Positions 23,682 to 32,489 of a stretch of DNA of 60,199 nucleotides are shown here, piece after piece. A program made the translations under genes and the position numbers. Numbering within the stretch: position 1 is the stretch's first letter; each line of letters starts with the position of its first letter. Under the pieces are notes generated by a model. It saw nothing but the letters and a program-made list of their open reading frames with translations, had not been told where the DNA came from and ran no database searches. This DNA comes from Actinomycetota bacterium (lineage in GTDB: Bacteria > Actinomycetota > UBA4738 > HRBIN12). Location: assembly GCA_045805225.1 (NCBI GenBank), contig JBJMLQ010000003.1, positions 1-60,199 of the forward strand. The letters run 5' to 3'.

Positions 23682-25481
23682 TTACCGGCGGTTCCGTCGT
23701 CGCCCGGGCCGCGGGGACGCCGGCGCCGCAGACCGTCCGCCGCCGCGAACATCATCGGCCGCGCGGATCCGCGCGAGGACGTCGGCGAGCTCGCGGCCGC
23801 CGGCGACGGGCTCGGACGGTGCGTGATCGCACGCGAGCACCTCGCCGGGGTGCCGGCGGAGCCACGCGCGCACGACCGCCAGCTCGTCGGCCCGGTCACG
23901 AGGCGCCGGTGATCCGATCGGCGTGGCCGGCGCGATCCCGGCCGGGTCATCGCAACGCAGCGCCCCGCCGACGAGTTCGTGCCGCTCGCCCGACGCGGCG
24001 GCGATGGACAATCGTCCGCCGGCGAGCCACCGGTCGTGCCGGGCGCGTTGCAGCGCCTCGGCGAGCGCGCGGAGCCGGTCGCGCGCGAGCGCCGCCTCCT
24101 CGTACCGTTCCTGCTCGGCGAGCGTCGCCATCCGTCCGTCGAGCAGCCGGACCAGATCGTCGGGGGCCTCGAGGCTCGCGAGCATCTCCCCGACGAGGCC
24201 GTGATAACGGTCGGGTTCGACGCGGCCGTCGCACGGCGCGAGACAGCGGCCCATGTCCGCCAGGGCGCACGGCGCGAACCGCGTGCGCCTCCCCATCGAC
24301 CGTGTGCACCGCCGGATCGCGAAGGCCTCCTCGAGCGCTTCCTTCGCGAGCGTCGCGCGGGCCGAGGACGCGAACGGCCCGAGGTACGCGGCGCCGTCGT
24401 TGGGGTCCGCGCTGCGCGCGACCTTCCATCGCGGCCACGCCTCGCGGGGGTCGAGCTTGAGGAACACGTAGCGGCGCCACCGCTTGCCGTGCGCGTTGAA
24501 GCGGGGGAGATGCCGGGAGATCAACCGGCTCTCCAGCACGAGCGCCTCGAGCTCGCCGCGTGTCGCGATCGCGTCGATCCGTGCGACCGATGCGACGAGA
24601 TCTTGCACCTTCTTGCGCTCGTCGCCGTAGAAGTAGGACCTCACGCGCGCGCGCAGGTCCTTCGCTTTGCCGACGTAGAGGATCTGGTCGTTCCGGTCGC
24701 GGAACACGTAGACGCCGGGGGAGCGCGGAAGGTCGTCCGCGAGCGCGATCTTCGCGAAGTTCGGCCGGCCGCGCGCGCTGCACGCGTGGTAGAGCTCGCC
24801 GAGCGTGCGGATGCCGAGGTGATGGCCGACGTCGAGCAGCCCCTGGAGGACCTCGCCGGTCGCCTCGGCGTCCTGCAGGGCGCGGTGCGTGGGCTGCACG
24901 CGCGTGCGGAAGTAGCCCGCGAGCGTGCGCAACCGCACGTTGGGCACCTCCGGCCACACGAGCCGGCGCGCGAGCTTCGCGGTGCACACCGCCGGGCGGG
25001 GTAGCGCCGGGTACTCGAGCCGCAGGAGGTTCGCATCGAGGAAGCCCACGTCGAACGACGCGTTGTGCGCGACGATCACCGCTCCGCGCGCGAACTCCAG
25101 GAACGACGGCAGGACCGTCGCGAGCGAGGGCGCGCCGGCGACGGAGCGATCGCTGATCCCGGTGAGGTGCGTGATGGCGGGCGGGATCGGCCGTTCCGGG
25201 TCCACGAGCGTCTGGAACGACCCGATGCGCTCGGCCCCTTCGAACCGCACCGCGCCGATCTCGGTGATGGCGTCGTTGACCGGAGAGCCGCCGGTGGTCT
25301 CGAGGTCGACGACCACGAACGAGACGTGCTCGAGCGGGATCGACTCGCCGAGCACGGTCTGCACGGGCTCGCCCAGGACGAGCGGCGGTGTGGGGGAGGC
25401 GGACAGGCCAGGACCATATCGAACATGTGTTCGATGGTCGAGCACCGCTGAGGCAACGTCGGCGGCGCGGGAGGGGATCAT
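23682..25481 (-). CDS. DEDD (DnaQ-like) 3'-5' exonuclease fused to a GIY-YIG (UvrC N-terminal/Cho-like) nuclease domain
   Basis: The N-terminal part has VVDLETTGGSP...AHNASFD...HRALQDA (ExoI-III). The central part has PGVYVFRDRNDQILYVGKAKDLRARVRSYF (GIY-YIG). This architecture is conserved in actinobacteria. Confidence 0.8.
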   Translation of the reverse strand: MIPSRAADVASAVLDHRTHVRYGPGLSASPTPPLVLGEPVQTVLGESIPLEHVSFVVVDLETTGGSPVNDAITEIGAVRFEGAERIGSFQTLVDPERPIPPAITHLTGISDRSVAGAPSLATVLPSFLEFARGAVIVAHNASFDVGFLDANLLRLEYPALPRPAVCTAKLARRLVWPEVPNVRLRTLAGYFRTRVQPTHRALQDAEATGEVLQGLLDVGHHLGIRTLGELYHACSARGRPNFAKIALADDLPRSPGVYVFRDRNDQILYVGKAKDLRARVRSYFYGDERKKVQDLVASVARIDAIATRGELEALVLESRLISRHLPRFNAHGKRWRRYVFLKLDPREAWPRWKVARSADPNDGAAYLGPFASSARATLAKEALEEAFAIRRCTRSMGRRTRFAPCALADMGRCLAPCDGRVEPDRYHGLVGEMLASLEAPDDLVRLLDGRMATLAEQERYEEAALARDRLRALAEALQRARHDRWLAGGRLSIAAASGERHELVGGALRCDDPAGIAPATPIGSPAPRDRADELAVVRAWLRRHPGEVLACDHAPSEPVAGGRELADVLARIRAADDVRGGGRSAAPASPRPGRRRNRR

Positions 25482-25515
25482 GCGGTCCCCATGGTGAGAC
25501 CGGGGACCGACACGC

Positions 25516-25544
25516 GAAGGGGGCGCCTCTCGGGCGCCCCCTTC
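25516..25544 (-). terminator. GC-rich hairpin, probable intrinsic terminator of the Calx-beta gene
   Basis: Perfect 12-bp inverted repeat GAAGGGGGCGCC / GGCGCCCCCTTC around a 5-nt loop, 27 nt downstream of the stop at 25571. There is no U-tract, which is common in high-GC actinobacteria. A second hairpin (CGGTCCCC/GGGGACCG, 25483-25509) abuts the next gene's start. Confidence 0.55.
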
Positions 25545-25570
25545 CGCTCCAGACGAGCCCGCCTGGGGTC

Positions 25571-27634
25571 TTAGAGCTTGAACTTCACCGCCTTGCTCGT
25601 GGCCGCGGTGTTGCCGTCGCCGCCGAACGAGGCGGTGAAGCGGTACCGCCCGTGGCGGGGCCGGGGGAAGCTCGCGCCGTACTTGGCGTCGAGCAAACCG
25701 TCGTGGTCACGGTCGGCGAGCTTCTTGACCGACACCGTCTTGGTGGCGACGGTCTTCCAGCCGCCGTGGCGATAGTGCGCGAGCGTGATCGTGACCGGGT
25801 TGGCGGTCGACGCCGGCTCGAGCAGCCCACGTGCGCCGATCTTCTTGTGCGTCTTGCCCAGCGTGAGGGTGAGCGACGCAGGCTGCTTGTCGTCGTTGCG
25901 GATCGTGCCGGTCGCGTGGTCGGTCGTGAGGTTCGCGGTTCCCACGAGGTTCGACAGCGTCACCGTGAGGTCCTCGTTGGCCTCATAGGTCGTGTCGCCG
26001 TTGACCGTCACCTCGACCTGTCCGACGGTGTCACCGGCCGGGATCGTCAGCGTGCCCGAGGCCGCGCTGTAGTCCGAACCCGCGGTCGCGGTTACGTCCG
26101 AGGTCACGTAGTCGACGGAGATGTCCTCGAAGCTCGGGTTCGTCAGGGACACGTTGAGATCGAGCGGGGTCGTGCCCGCGTTGCCTTCGGGCACCTGCGC
26201 CGGCGCGATGTCGACGTCGGGCGCGGGGTCGTCGTCGGTGATCGTCGCGGTTCCCGACGCGGTCCCGAGCGTCCCGTTGACTTCGTTCGACAGGTCCAGC
26301 GCGAACGTCTCGTCGCCCTCGTACGTGCTGTCGTCCAGGACCGGGACGTCGACGGTGGTGGTCGTGTTGCCCGCGACGATCGTCGCGGTGCCGCTCACGC
26401 CGGTGTAGTCGGCGCCGTCCGTCGCGATGGTGTCAGAGGTGGTGTAGTCGACGTTCACGTCGACGGCCGCCGCCGTGTCCAGCGAGATGGTGAACGTCGC
26501 GGTGCCGTCACCCTCACCGACGACCGGGCTGTCGACGTCGACCGTCGGCTTGGGATCGTCCTCGGCGATCGTGCCCTGGCCCTGCGCATCGGACACGACG
26601 CCGTGGACGGCGCCGGACAGGTCAAGGTTCAGGGTCTCGTCGCCCTCATAGACGCTGTCATCGAGCAGCGGGACGTCGACGGTGGTCGTCGTGTTGCCCG
26701 CGAGGATCGTCGCGGTGCCGCTCACGCCGGTGTAGTCGGCGCCGTCCGTCGCGGTGTTGTCCGAGGTCGCGTAGTCGACGTTGACGTCGACGCCCGCCGG
26801 GTTGTCCAACGAGATCGTGAAGGTCAACGGGCCGCCGTTCTCCGGCGCGGAAGGGTCGTCAACCGTGATGTTGGGCTGTGCGTCGTTCTCCGTGATGGTG
26901 CCGTCGCCCTGTGGGTCGTCGACGACGACGCCGGAGACCGCGACAAGGTTCATCGTGAGGTCCTCGTCACCCTCGTAGATGCTGTCGTCCAGAACCGGCA
27001 CGTCGATGGTGCCCTGCGTCTGGCCGGCCAGGATCGTGAGCGTCCCGGTCACGCCGGTGTAGTCGCTGCCATCGGTCGCCGTGCCCGCGGCCGTGCTGTA
27101 GGTCATGACGGCGTCGGTGGGGGACGCCTGGTCGAGCGAGACGGTGAACGTTAGCGTGCCGCCGTTCTCGGCGACCGACGGGTCGTCGATGGTCGCGTGG
27201 GGCTGGTCGTCGTTCGTGATGGTGCCGATGCCCTGTCCGTCGGTGATGCCCTTGCCGACCGGGTTGGAGAGATTGACCTCGAACGTTTCGTTCGCCTCGG
27301 CGGTGGTGTCGCCGATGATCGGGACGTTGACGGTCGTGCACTTGCAACCGCCGTTCGGCAAGACCGCGGTGCCGCTCGTCGCCGTGTAATCGCTGCCGGC
27401 GGTCGCCGTCTCGTCCGCGGTGGCGTAGTCAACCGAGACGCCGGACGCGCCCGAGCCGCCGTAGTTGATGGTGAAAGCGGCGAACGAGGTGCCGGTGTTG
27501 CCCTCCACGATCGTCACGTCGGTGATCTTGAGCTCAGGCGGGGCGGCGTGGGCGGCGCCCTGCGAACCCAGTGTCAGCGCCGCGATCGTCGTCGTCGCGA
27601 CGGCGATGCGGAGCAAGATGGAACGTGCGCGCAT
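25571..27634 (-). CDS. Secreted protein with five Calx-beta repeats and a C-terminal Ig-like domain
   Basis: GGAGAG RBS before ATG 27634. Signal peptide MRARSILLRIAVATTTIAALTLGSQGAAHA. It then carries five units of about 109 aa, each containing the Calx-beta pattern (D/S)YxxxSGTxTIxAGxTxxTVxVPxxDDxxxExDExF. No LPXTG motif or TM anchor is visible. Confidence 0.8.
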   Translation of the reverse strand: MRARSILLRIAVATTTIAALTLGSQGAAHAAPPELKITDVTIVEGNTGTSFAAFTINYGGSGASGVSVDYATADETATAGSDYTATSGTAVLPNGGCKCTTVNVPIIGDTTAEANETFEVNLSNPVGKGITDGQGIGTITNDDQPHATIDDPSVAENGGTLTFTVSLDQASPTDAVMTYSTAAGTATDGSDYTGVTGTLTILAGQTQGTIDVPVLDDSIYEGDEDLTMNLVAVSGVVVDDPQGDGTITENDAQPNITVDDPSAPENGGPLTFTISLDNPAGVDVNVDYATSDNTATDGADYTGVSGTATILAGNTTTTVDVPLLDDSVYEGDETLNLDLSGAVHGVVSDAQGQGTIAEDDPKPTVDVDSPVVGEGDGTATFTISLDTAAAVDVNVDYTTSDTIATDGADYTGVSGTATIVAGNTTTTVDVPVLDDSTYEGDETFALDLSNEVNGTLGTASGTATITDDDPAPDVDIAPAQVPEGNAGTTPLDLNVSLTNPSFEDISVDYVTSDVTATAGSDYSAASGTLTIPAGDTVGQVEVTVNGDTTYEANEDLTVTLSNLVGTANLTTDHATGTIRNDDKQPASLTLTLGKTHKKIGARGLLEPASTANPVTITLAHYRHGGWKTVATKTVSVKKLADRDHDGLLDAKYGASFPRPRHGRYRFTASFGGDGNTAATSKAVKFKL
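25880..27545. repeat. Intragenic tandem repeats of about 327 bp (five Calx-beta units)
   Basis: Units 3 and 4 share a stretch of about 85 nt with only about 3 mismatches (26343-26430 versus 26670-26757, offset exactly 327 bp). The other units are more diverged. Confidence 0.75.
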
Positions 27635-27763
27635 ACGAGCTCTCCTGTCGTGAGGCCCCACATGAAGGGGACGGTTACCAGCCCTACATCGGCCGACGAA
27701 GGCGAGGACCGTAGGTGTTCTTCAAGGGGGAATCCGCTACTCGAAACCGGGTATCGGCGCAGG

Positions 27764-28369
27764 TCAGGACAGGTCGGGGTACAGCGCGCGCTCGGCGAGC
27801 ATCGCGAGGAGGTGCTCGATCGCGAGGTGGGCCTCCTGGATGTGGCCCGTCGTCGCGGACGGAACCCGGATGGCGACGTCGGCACGCGGTGCGAGCGCGC
27901 CGCCGGAGGCGCCGGTCAGGGCGACGACACGGATCTCCCTCGCGCGGGCGGCCTCTGCGGCGGCGACCACGTTCGGAGAGTTGCCGCTCGTCGAGATCGC
28001 GATGAGGACGTCGCCCGGCGTGCCGAGCGCCTCGACCTGCCGGGCGAACATCCGGTCGGCGCCGTAGTCGTTCGCGATCGCGGTGAGCGCCGACGTGTCC
28101 GTGGTCAGGGCGATCGCGCGCATCGCGGGCCGGGCGTGGTCCAGCGTCAATGCGCTGACGAATTCCGTCGCGAGGTGCTGCGCGTCCGCGGCGCTCCCGC
28201 CGTTGCCGCAGATCAGCAGGGCTCGTCCGGCGCGCAAGGCGTCGATCAGCAGCTGCGCGGCGGCGAGGGCGTCGTCGAGGTACGTGGTGCGCACCTGCTC
28301 GATCGCGGCGGCGGCCTCCGCGAGGTACGCGTCCGCGCGCGAGCGAGCGTCCTGGGCCTCCACGGTCAT
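27764..28369 (-). CDS. gmhA: D-sedoheptulose 7-phosphate isomerase (phosphoheptose isomerase, SIS domain)
   Basis: GGGAGGGAG RBS before ATG 28369. ICGNGGSAADAQHLATEF...ISTSGNSPNV...ALTG...HIQEAHLAIEH aligns with GmhA along its whole length. Confidence 0.85.
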   Translation of the reverse strand: MTVEAQDARSRADAYLAEAAAAIEQVRTTYLDDALAAAQLLIDALRAGRALLICGNGGSAADAQHLATEFVSALTLDHARPAMRAIALTTDTSALTAIANDYGADRMFARQVEALGTPGDVLIAISTSGNSPNVVAAAEAARAREIRVVALTGASGGALAPRADVAIRVPSATTGHIQEAHLAIEHLLAMLAERALYPDLS

Positions 28370-28917
28370 GGCTCCCTCCCGACGAGTGCGGCGATGATAG
28401 TCACCGCGTCGGCCAGATCGTCGGTGACGTGGTCGGCGAGTGCGCCGGCCTTCGGCTCGGCCTCGGCGCCGTGGCCGGTGCGCACGAGGATCGTCGTGGC
28501 GCCGATCGCCCGGCCCATCCCGAGGTCCGCGAGGTGATCGCCGATCACGACGCTCGCGTCCGGCGCGAACCCGAAGCGGCCGGCAGCCCGGAGCGCCATC
28601 CCCGGCTTCGGCTTTCGACAGTCGCATCCGTCCTCCGGGCGGTGCGGGCAGACCTCGATCGCATCGACGCGGGCGCCGTTCTCGGCGAGCAACTCCCGCA
28701 ACCGATCGTTGATCCGGCCGAGCTCCGCGAGGGCGAGGTTGCCGCGCCCGACCTCGGCCTGGTTCGTCACGACCACGATGCCGAATCCCAGGTCGCGCAA
28801 CCGCACGAGCGCATCGGCCGACCCGGGGATCAAGGCGACCTCGTCGGGTGTCGCCAGGTAGTGGCGCTCCTCGTTGATCGTCCCGTCGCGGTCGACCAGC
28901 GCGAACCGCTGCGTCAC
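28366..28917 (-). CDS. gmhB: D-glycero-D-manno-heptose 1,7-bisphosphate phosphatase (HAD-IIIA)
   Basis: GTG 28917. HAD motif I is DRDGTIN and the GmhB zinc motif is CPHRPEDGCDCRKPKPGM. It has 4-nt overlaps with the genes on both sides. Confidence 0.8.
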   Translation of the reverse strand: MTQRFALVDRDGTINEERHYLATPDEVALIPGSADALVRLRDLGFGIVVVTNQAEVGRGNLALAELGRINDRLRELLAENGARVDAIEVCPHRPEDGCDCRKPKPGMALRAAGRFGFAPDASVVIGDHLADLGMGRAIGATTILVRTGHGAEAEPKAGALADHVTDDLADAVTIIAALVGREP

Positions 28918-29963
28918 GGCGCCGGGGCCCAGGTCGCCCCGCCCCGCGTCGCGCGCACTCCGGCCGGCGTGAATGCGAACGGCGCGAACTCGCCGCCCAT
29001 CGCCTCCAGCGCCGCCCGCACCGCGCGCTGAACCTCTCGCGCCGCGGCCACAAGCAGGTAGCCGCCGCCGCCGGCGCCGCACACCTTGCCGCCGTACGCG
29101 CCGGCGTTGCGCGCTGCGGCGAGCATCGATTCGATCGGCGTGCCTTCGGCGATGTACGGGTTCATCTGCTGCTTCGCGACGAACGCGTCGTGCAGCAGCG
29201 CCCCGACCCCCGGAAGATCCGCGCGTTGGACGGCGTCGCGCATCGCGTAGGCCATCTCCTGCAGGCGCTTCATCCCGAGGAGGGTCTCCTCGCGTCCCTC
29301 GGCGTGCAGGGCGATCTGCCGGTCGATCAACCCGACGTTGCGGCGGACGTGTCCCGTGTAACACAGGAGGAGCCCCGCCGCGAGCGCCGAGAGCCCGTCG
29401 GGGTCGCCCACCGGCTCGACGCGCACCCCGGAGCGCGAGAACACCAACAGGTTGCACCCGCCGAACGCGGCCGCGTACTGGTCTTGCCATCCGCCCGCGA
29501 TCCGGAGATCTTCTCGTTCGATCCGGTACGCGGTATCGGCGAGCGCGGTCGCCGTGAGGGAGCGGCGGCCGAGCATCGCCAGCGCGGCGACGACGGCCGT
29601 CACGAGCGCAGACGAACCCCCGAGCCCGCTGCCGGGTGGCGCTTCGCTGCGGATCTCGACGTCGACACCGGCGCGCACGCCGGCGCGGTCGATCGCCGCC
29701 TTCACGAGGTCCAGCGCGCCGTCGTACACCGGACCGTCGTCCAGGTGGTAGGCGACGAGCCGGTCCAGATCGAGCGAGCGCACGGCGACCACTCGGTCCG
29801 GGCGCTCGGTCACGCGGACGCGGACGACGTGGTCGATGGTTGCGGAGAGCACCGCGCCCCCGTGCTCCTCGTACCAGTGCGGGAAATCCGTCCCGCCGCC
29901 GACGAAGCTGATCCGCAGCGGCGCGACGGCCTCGATCGGTTCATCGGAGCGAGCGGGTGCCAT
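28914..29963 (-). CDS. hddA: GHMP-family sugar kinase, D-glycero-alpha-D-manno-heptose 7-phosphate kinase-like
   Basis: 349 aa. ISFVGGGTDFP, the GHMP motif PPGSGLGGSSAL, GGWQDQY and GAGGGGYLL are present. Its context with gmhA and gmhB supports a heptose kinase assignment. Confidence 0.7.
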   Translation of the reverse strand: MAPARSDEPIEAVAPLRISFVGGGTDFPHWYEEHGGAVLSATIDHVVRVRVTERPDRVVAVRSLDLDRLVAYHLDDGPVYDGALDLVKAAIDRAGVRAGVDVEIRSEAPPGSGLGGSSALVTAVVAALAMLGRRSLTATALADTAYRIEREDLRIAGGWQDQYAAAFGGCNLLVFSRSGVRVEPVGDPDGLSALAAGLLLCYTGHVRRNVGLIDRQIALHAEGREETLLGMKRLQEMAYAMRDAVQRADLPGVGALLHDAFVAKQQMNPYIAEGTPIESMLAAARNAGAYGGKVCGAGGGGYLLVAAAREVQRAVRAALEAMGGEFAPFAFTPAGVRATRGGATWAPAP

Positions 29964-29989
29964 CGGCGCCCCAGTCTAGGGGCGAGGTC

Positions 29990-30298
29990 TCAGGCGACGT
30001 GGCGCTGGAGGCGGCGGCGCTGCTGCTCGGTGGTCCCGCCCCACACGCCGTAGCGCTCGCCGTTCTTCAGGGCCCACGACAGGCATTCCTCGCGGATGGG
30101 GCACACGGCGCAGAAGGCGAGCGCGGGCCCGGCCTCCTCCTCGGAGATCGGGAAGAAGACGTCGGGCTCGACCCCGAAACACGCGGCGCGCTCCTGCCAG
30201 AAATCCGGTGGCGTCGGGTGGGTCGGGAGCGATGCGACATCGACTTCCGGGAACCGCTCGATCCTCACTGACGCCCCCCTCGTGCACATGCGGTTCAC
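29990..30298 (-). CDS. WhiB-family [4Fe-4S] transcriptional regulator
   Basis: The four-Cys pattern is RAACFGVEPDVFFP...ALAFCAVCPIREEC, followed by the G(V/I)WGG turn (YGVWGGTT) and a basic tail (RRRLQRH). The true start may lie downstream of 30298. Confidence 0.85.
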   Translation of the reverse strand: MNRMCTRGASVRIERFPEVDVASLPTHPTPPDFWQERAACFGVEPDVFFPISEEEAGPALAFCAVCPIREECLSWALKNGERYGVWGGTTEQQRRRLQRHVA

Positions 30299-30358
30299 CG
30301 CGGAACCGTTTCATAGCAGAAGTGCTGGCGCGAACGGAAGGGGTTGCGCGCTCCATGG

Positions 30359-30374
30359 ACCCCGTTGACGGGGT
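30359..30374 (-). terminator. Short stem-loop between ygfZ and whiB (weak terminator/attenuator candidate)
   Basis: ACCCCG-TTGA-CGGGGT on the plus strand (6-bp stem, tetraloop), 27 nt downstream of the ygfZ stop. No U-tract. Confidence 0.3.
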
Positions 30375-30400
30375 TCTTACGCCGAAATGACACCGATGGA

Positions 30401-31291
30401 CTAGCCCGCGCTCGATGCGTCCTCGAACGGATGCCCGTCGTTGTCGGTCAGACGGGCGCCGACCGCGCGCCAGTCGATCCGCGCGAGCCCGACGCATGCG
30501 TCTGCGAGTGGGGCCGCGCTCGTCACCGCGCCGACCGCCTCGCCGTCGACGAACACCGGCGCGCCCGGGACGAACGGCGCGACACACCGCACATGCCGTA
30601 GGACGCGCGGCGGGTGACCGAGGTTCGCGATGCGCGCGACCGACTCCTGTCCGAGGAAACAGCCCTTCGTCGTGTCGATCGTCGCGTCGAGCGCCGCCTC
30701 GGCAGGCAGCGAACGCTGGTCGAAGTCCGGGCCCATGCGCGGGATGCCGTGGACGATCCGCCACGCTTCGGCCGATGCCGCGCCCGCTTCGACCAGGGCC
30801 GCCTTCATGAGCGCATCCTGCACACGCCATGCGGGCTTGCCCTGCGCCGACAGGAGATCCAACCCCGGGCCGAGGCTCGAGGGCTCGAACCCCGGCAGGC
30901 CGATGGTTGCAGCGGCGGCGTCGGGGACCGCGAACAACGCGAGCTCGCCGGTCGCGTCCTCGAGCGACACCGCCGAGGACAACACGTACGGCCCGAGCAG
31001 CAGCCCGATGTGGTCGGGCTGAGCCGGCTCTTGCGTGAGCACGACGTCGTCGTCGCGCCGCAACACCTGCACGTCGGCGCGGATGCGCCCCGTCGGCGTC
31101 AACAGCAGCGACCGGCAGGACCGACCGGGCGCGAGGCCGCCGATGTCGGCGGTCAGGAGATCGTGCAGCCATCCGACCGCGTCCTCGCCGTGGACGCGAA
31201 CCTTTCGATAGTGCGACAGGTCGACGAACGCGCGCCCGGTCAGCAGCGCCGCGAGGTCGCGTGCGAAGGTGTCGTGGTCGGTCATCCCCAT
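30401..31291 (-). CDS. ygfZ: Folate-binding YgfZ/CAF17-family protein (GcvT-like fold)
   Basis: 296 aa. DLSHYRKVRVHGEDAVGWLHDLLT...LLTPTGRI...TKGCFLGQESVARI contains the signature KGC(Y/F)xGQE. Confidence 0.65.
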   Translation of the reverse strand: MGMTDHDTFARDLAALLTGRAFVDLSHYRKVRVHGEDAVGWLHDLLTADIGGLAPGRSCRSLLLTPTGRIRADVQVLRRDDDVVLTQEPAQPDHIGLLLGPYVLSSAVSLEDATGELALFAVPDAAAATIGLPGFEPSSLGPGLDLLSAQGKPAWRVQDALMKAALVEAGAASAEAWRIVHGIPRMGPDFDQRSLPAEAALDATIDTTKGCFLGQESVARIANLGHPPRVLRHVRCVAPFVPGAPVFVDGEAVGAVTSAAPLADACVGLARIDWRAVGARLTDNDGHPFEDASSAG

Positions 31292-31311
31292 CGTCGGCCA
31301 TTATCGGCGGC

Positions 31312-32448
31312 GTGCAGGTTCCCGCGACGCTTCTCGTGACGAACGATTTCCCTCCGCGGATCGGTGGCATCCAACGGACGCTCGAGGCGCTGTGGCGCGA
31401 GTTGCCGCCCGAGCGCGTGGGCGTGTTATGCCCGGACTGGGACGACGCGCAGGCGTACGACGCGGCCGCGCCGTTCCGCATGTTTCGCCAGCCGGAGCGG
31501 TTCCTGTGGCCGACGCGCGCGATCGCCGATCGGATCGAGGCGGCGGCGCGCGAGATGGGCGCGGAGGTGCTGCTGTTCGGTGCGACGTATCCGCTGGCGC
31601 TCGTCGGGCCGCGGCTCGCGTCGCGGGGGCTGCCGTATCTCACGGCGGCGCACGGGTTCGAGTACTGGCTCTCGCTCGCGCCCGGCACGCACACGTTGAT
31701 GCGACGGGCGACCGGGTCAGCGACGCGGGTCCCCGTGATGTGCTCCGCGTTCATCGCACGAACGGTGCGGACGGCCGTGCCGGCGCAGGTGCCCGTCACG
31801 GTGCTGTACCCGGGCGCCGACGTCGAGCGGTTCCGTCCGGATCTCGAGACCGGCGACATCCGGTCGGCGCTCGGTCTCGACGGCGCGCCGCTCGTCGTGT
31901 GCGTCAGCCGGCTGGTCAAGCGCAAGGGGCAGGACACGTTGATCGACGCCCTGCCCGCGATCCGCGCGCGGGTGCCGAACGCGCACCTGCTGATCGTCGG
32001 CGGCGGTCCCGACGAGCAACGCCTGCGCGAGCGCGCCGCTCCGCTCGGCGACGCCGTCGTGTTCGCCGGCCAGGTGCCGGAAGACGACCTGCCGCGGTAC
32101 TACGCGGCCGGCGACGTCTTCGCGATGCCGTGTCGCACGCGACTCGGCGGCCTCGAGGTCGAGGGCTGGGGAAACGTCTTCATCGAGGCCGCTGCATGCG
32201 GCAGGCCGGTGGTGGTCGGGGACTCGGGCGGCGCACGCGAATCCGTGGTCGACGGCGAGACCGGGATCTTGGTCAACGGGAAGCGGACCGACGAGGTCGC
32301 CGAGGCGGTCGCGAGTCTGCTGGCCGACCCGGCGCGTGCCGCGGCGATGGGCGCGGCCGGGCGCGAGCGGGTGCTCCGCGACCACACCTGGCCCGAGATC
32401 GCCGGCCGCCTGGCGGCGTGGCTGCGCGAGGCCGCTGAGACCGGCTGA
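31312..32448 (+). CDS. GT4-family glycosyltransferase (PimB-like mannosyltransferase candidate)
   Basis: GTG 31312. The C-terminal GT-B donor-site pattern is EGWGNVFIEAAACGRPVVVGDSGGARESV. The N-terminus LLVTNDFPPRIGGIQ is typical of actinobacterial GT4 enzymes. Confidence 0.75.
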   Translation: MQVPATLLVTNDFPPRIGGIQRTLEALWRELPPERVGVLCPDWDDAQAYDAAAPFRMFRQPERFLWPTRAIADRIEAAAREMGAEVLLFGATYPLALVGPRLASRGLPYLTAAHGFEYWLSLAPGTHTLMRRATGSATRVPVMCSAFIARTVRTAVPAQVPVTVLYPGADVERFRPDLETGDIRSALGLDGAPLVVCVSRLVKRKGQDTLIDALPAIRARVPNAHLLIVGGGPDEQRLRERAAPLGDAVVFAGQVPEDDLPRYYAAGDVFAMPCRTRLGGLEVEGWGNVFIEAAACGRPVVVGDSGGARESVVDGETGILVNGKRTDEVAEAVASLLADPARAAAMGAAGRERVLRDHTWPEIAGRLAAWLREAAETG

Positions 32449-32489
32449 CCTTCGCCGACGCGGGCCGAGGCGGGGGGTACCCTCCCGGC

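Noticed and set aside
25483-25509. Second hairpin (CGGTCCCC / GGGGACCG, 11-nt loop) as a separate regulatory element for the exonuclease/GIY-YIG gene
   Set aside because: It lies 2 nt upstream of the annotated ATG (25481), so it could occlude an RBS. However, the true start of that gene is uncertain and the stem is short. I noted it under the terminator feature and made no separate call.
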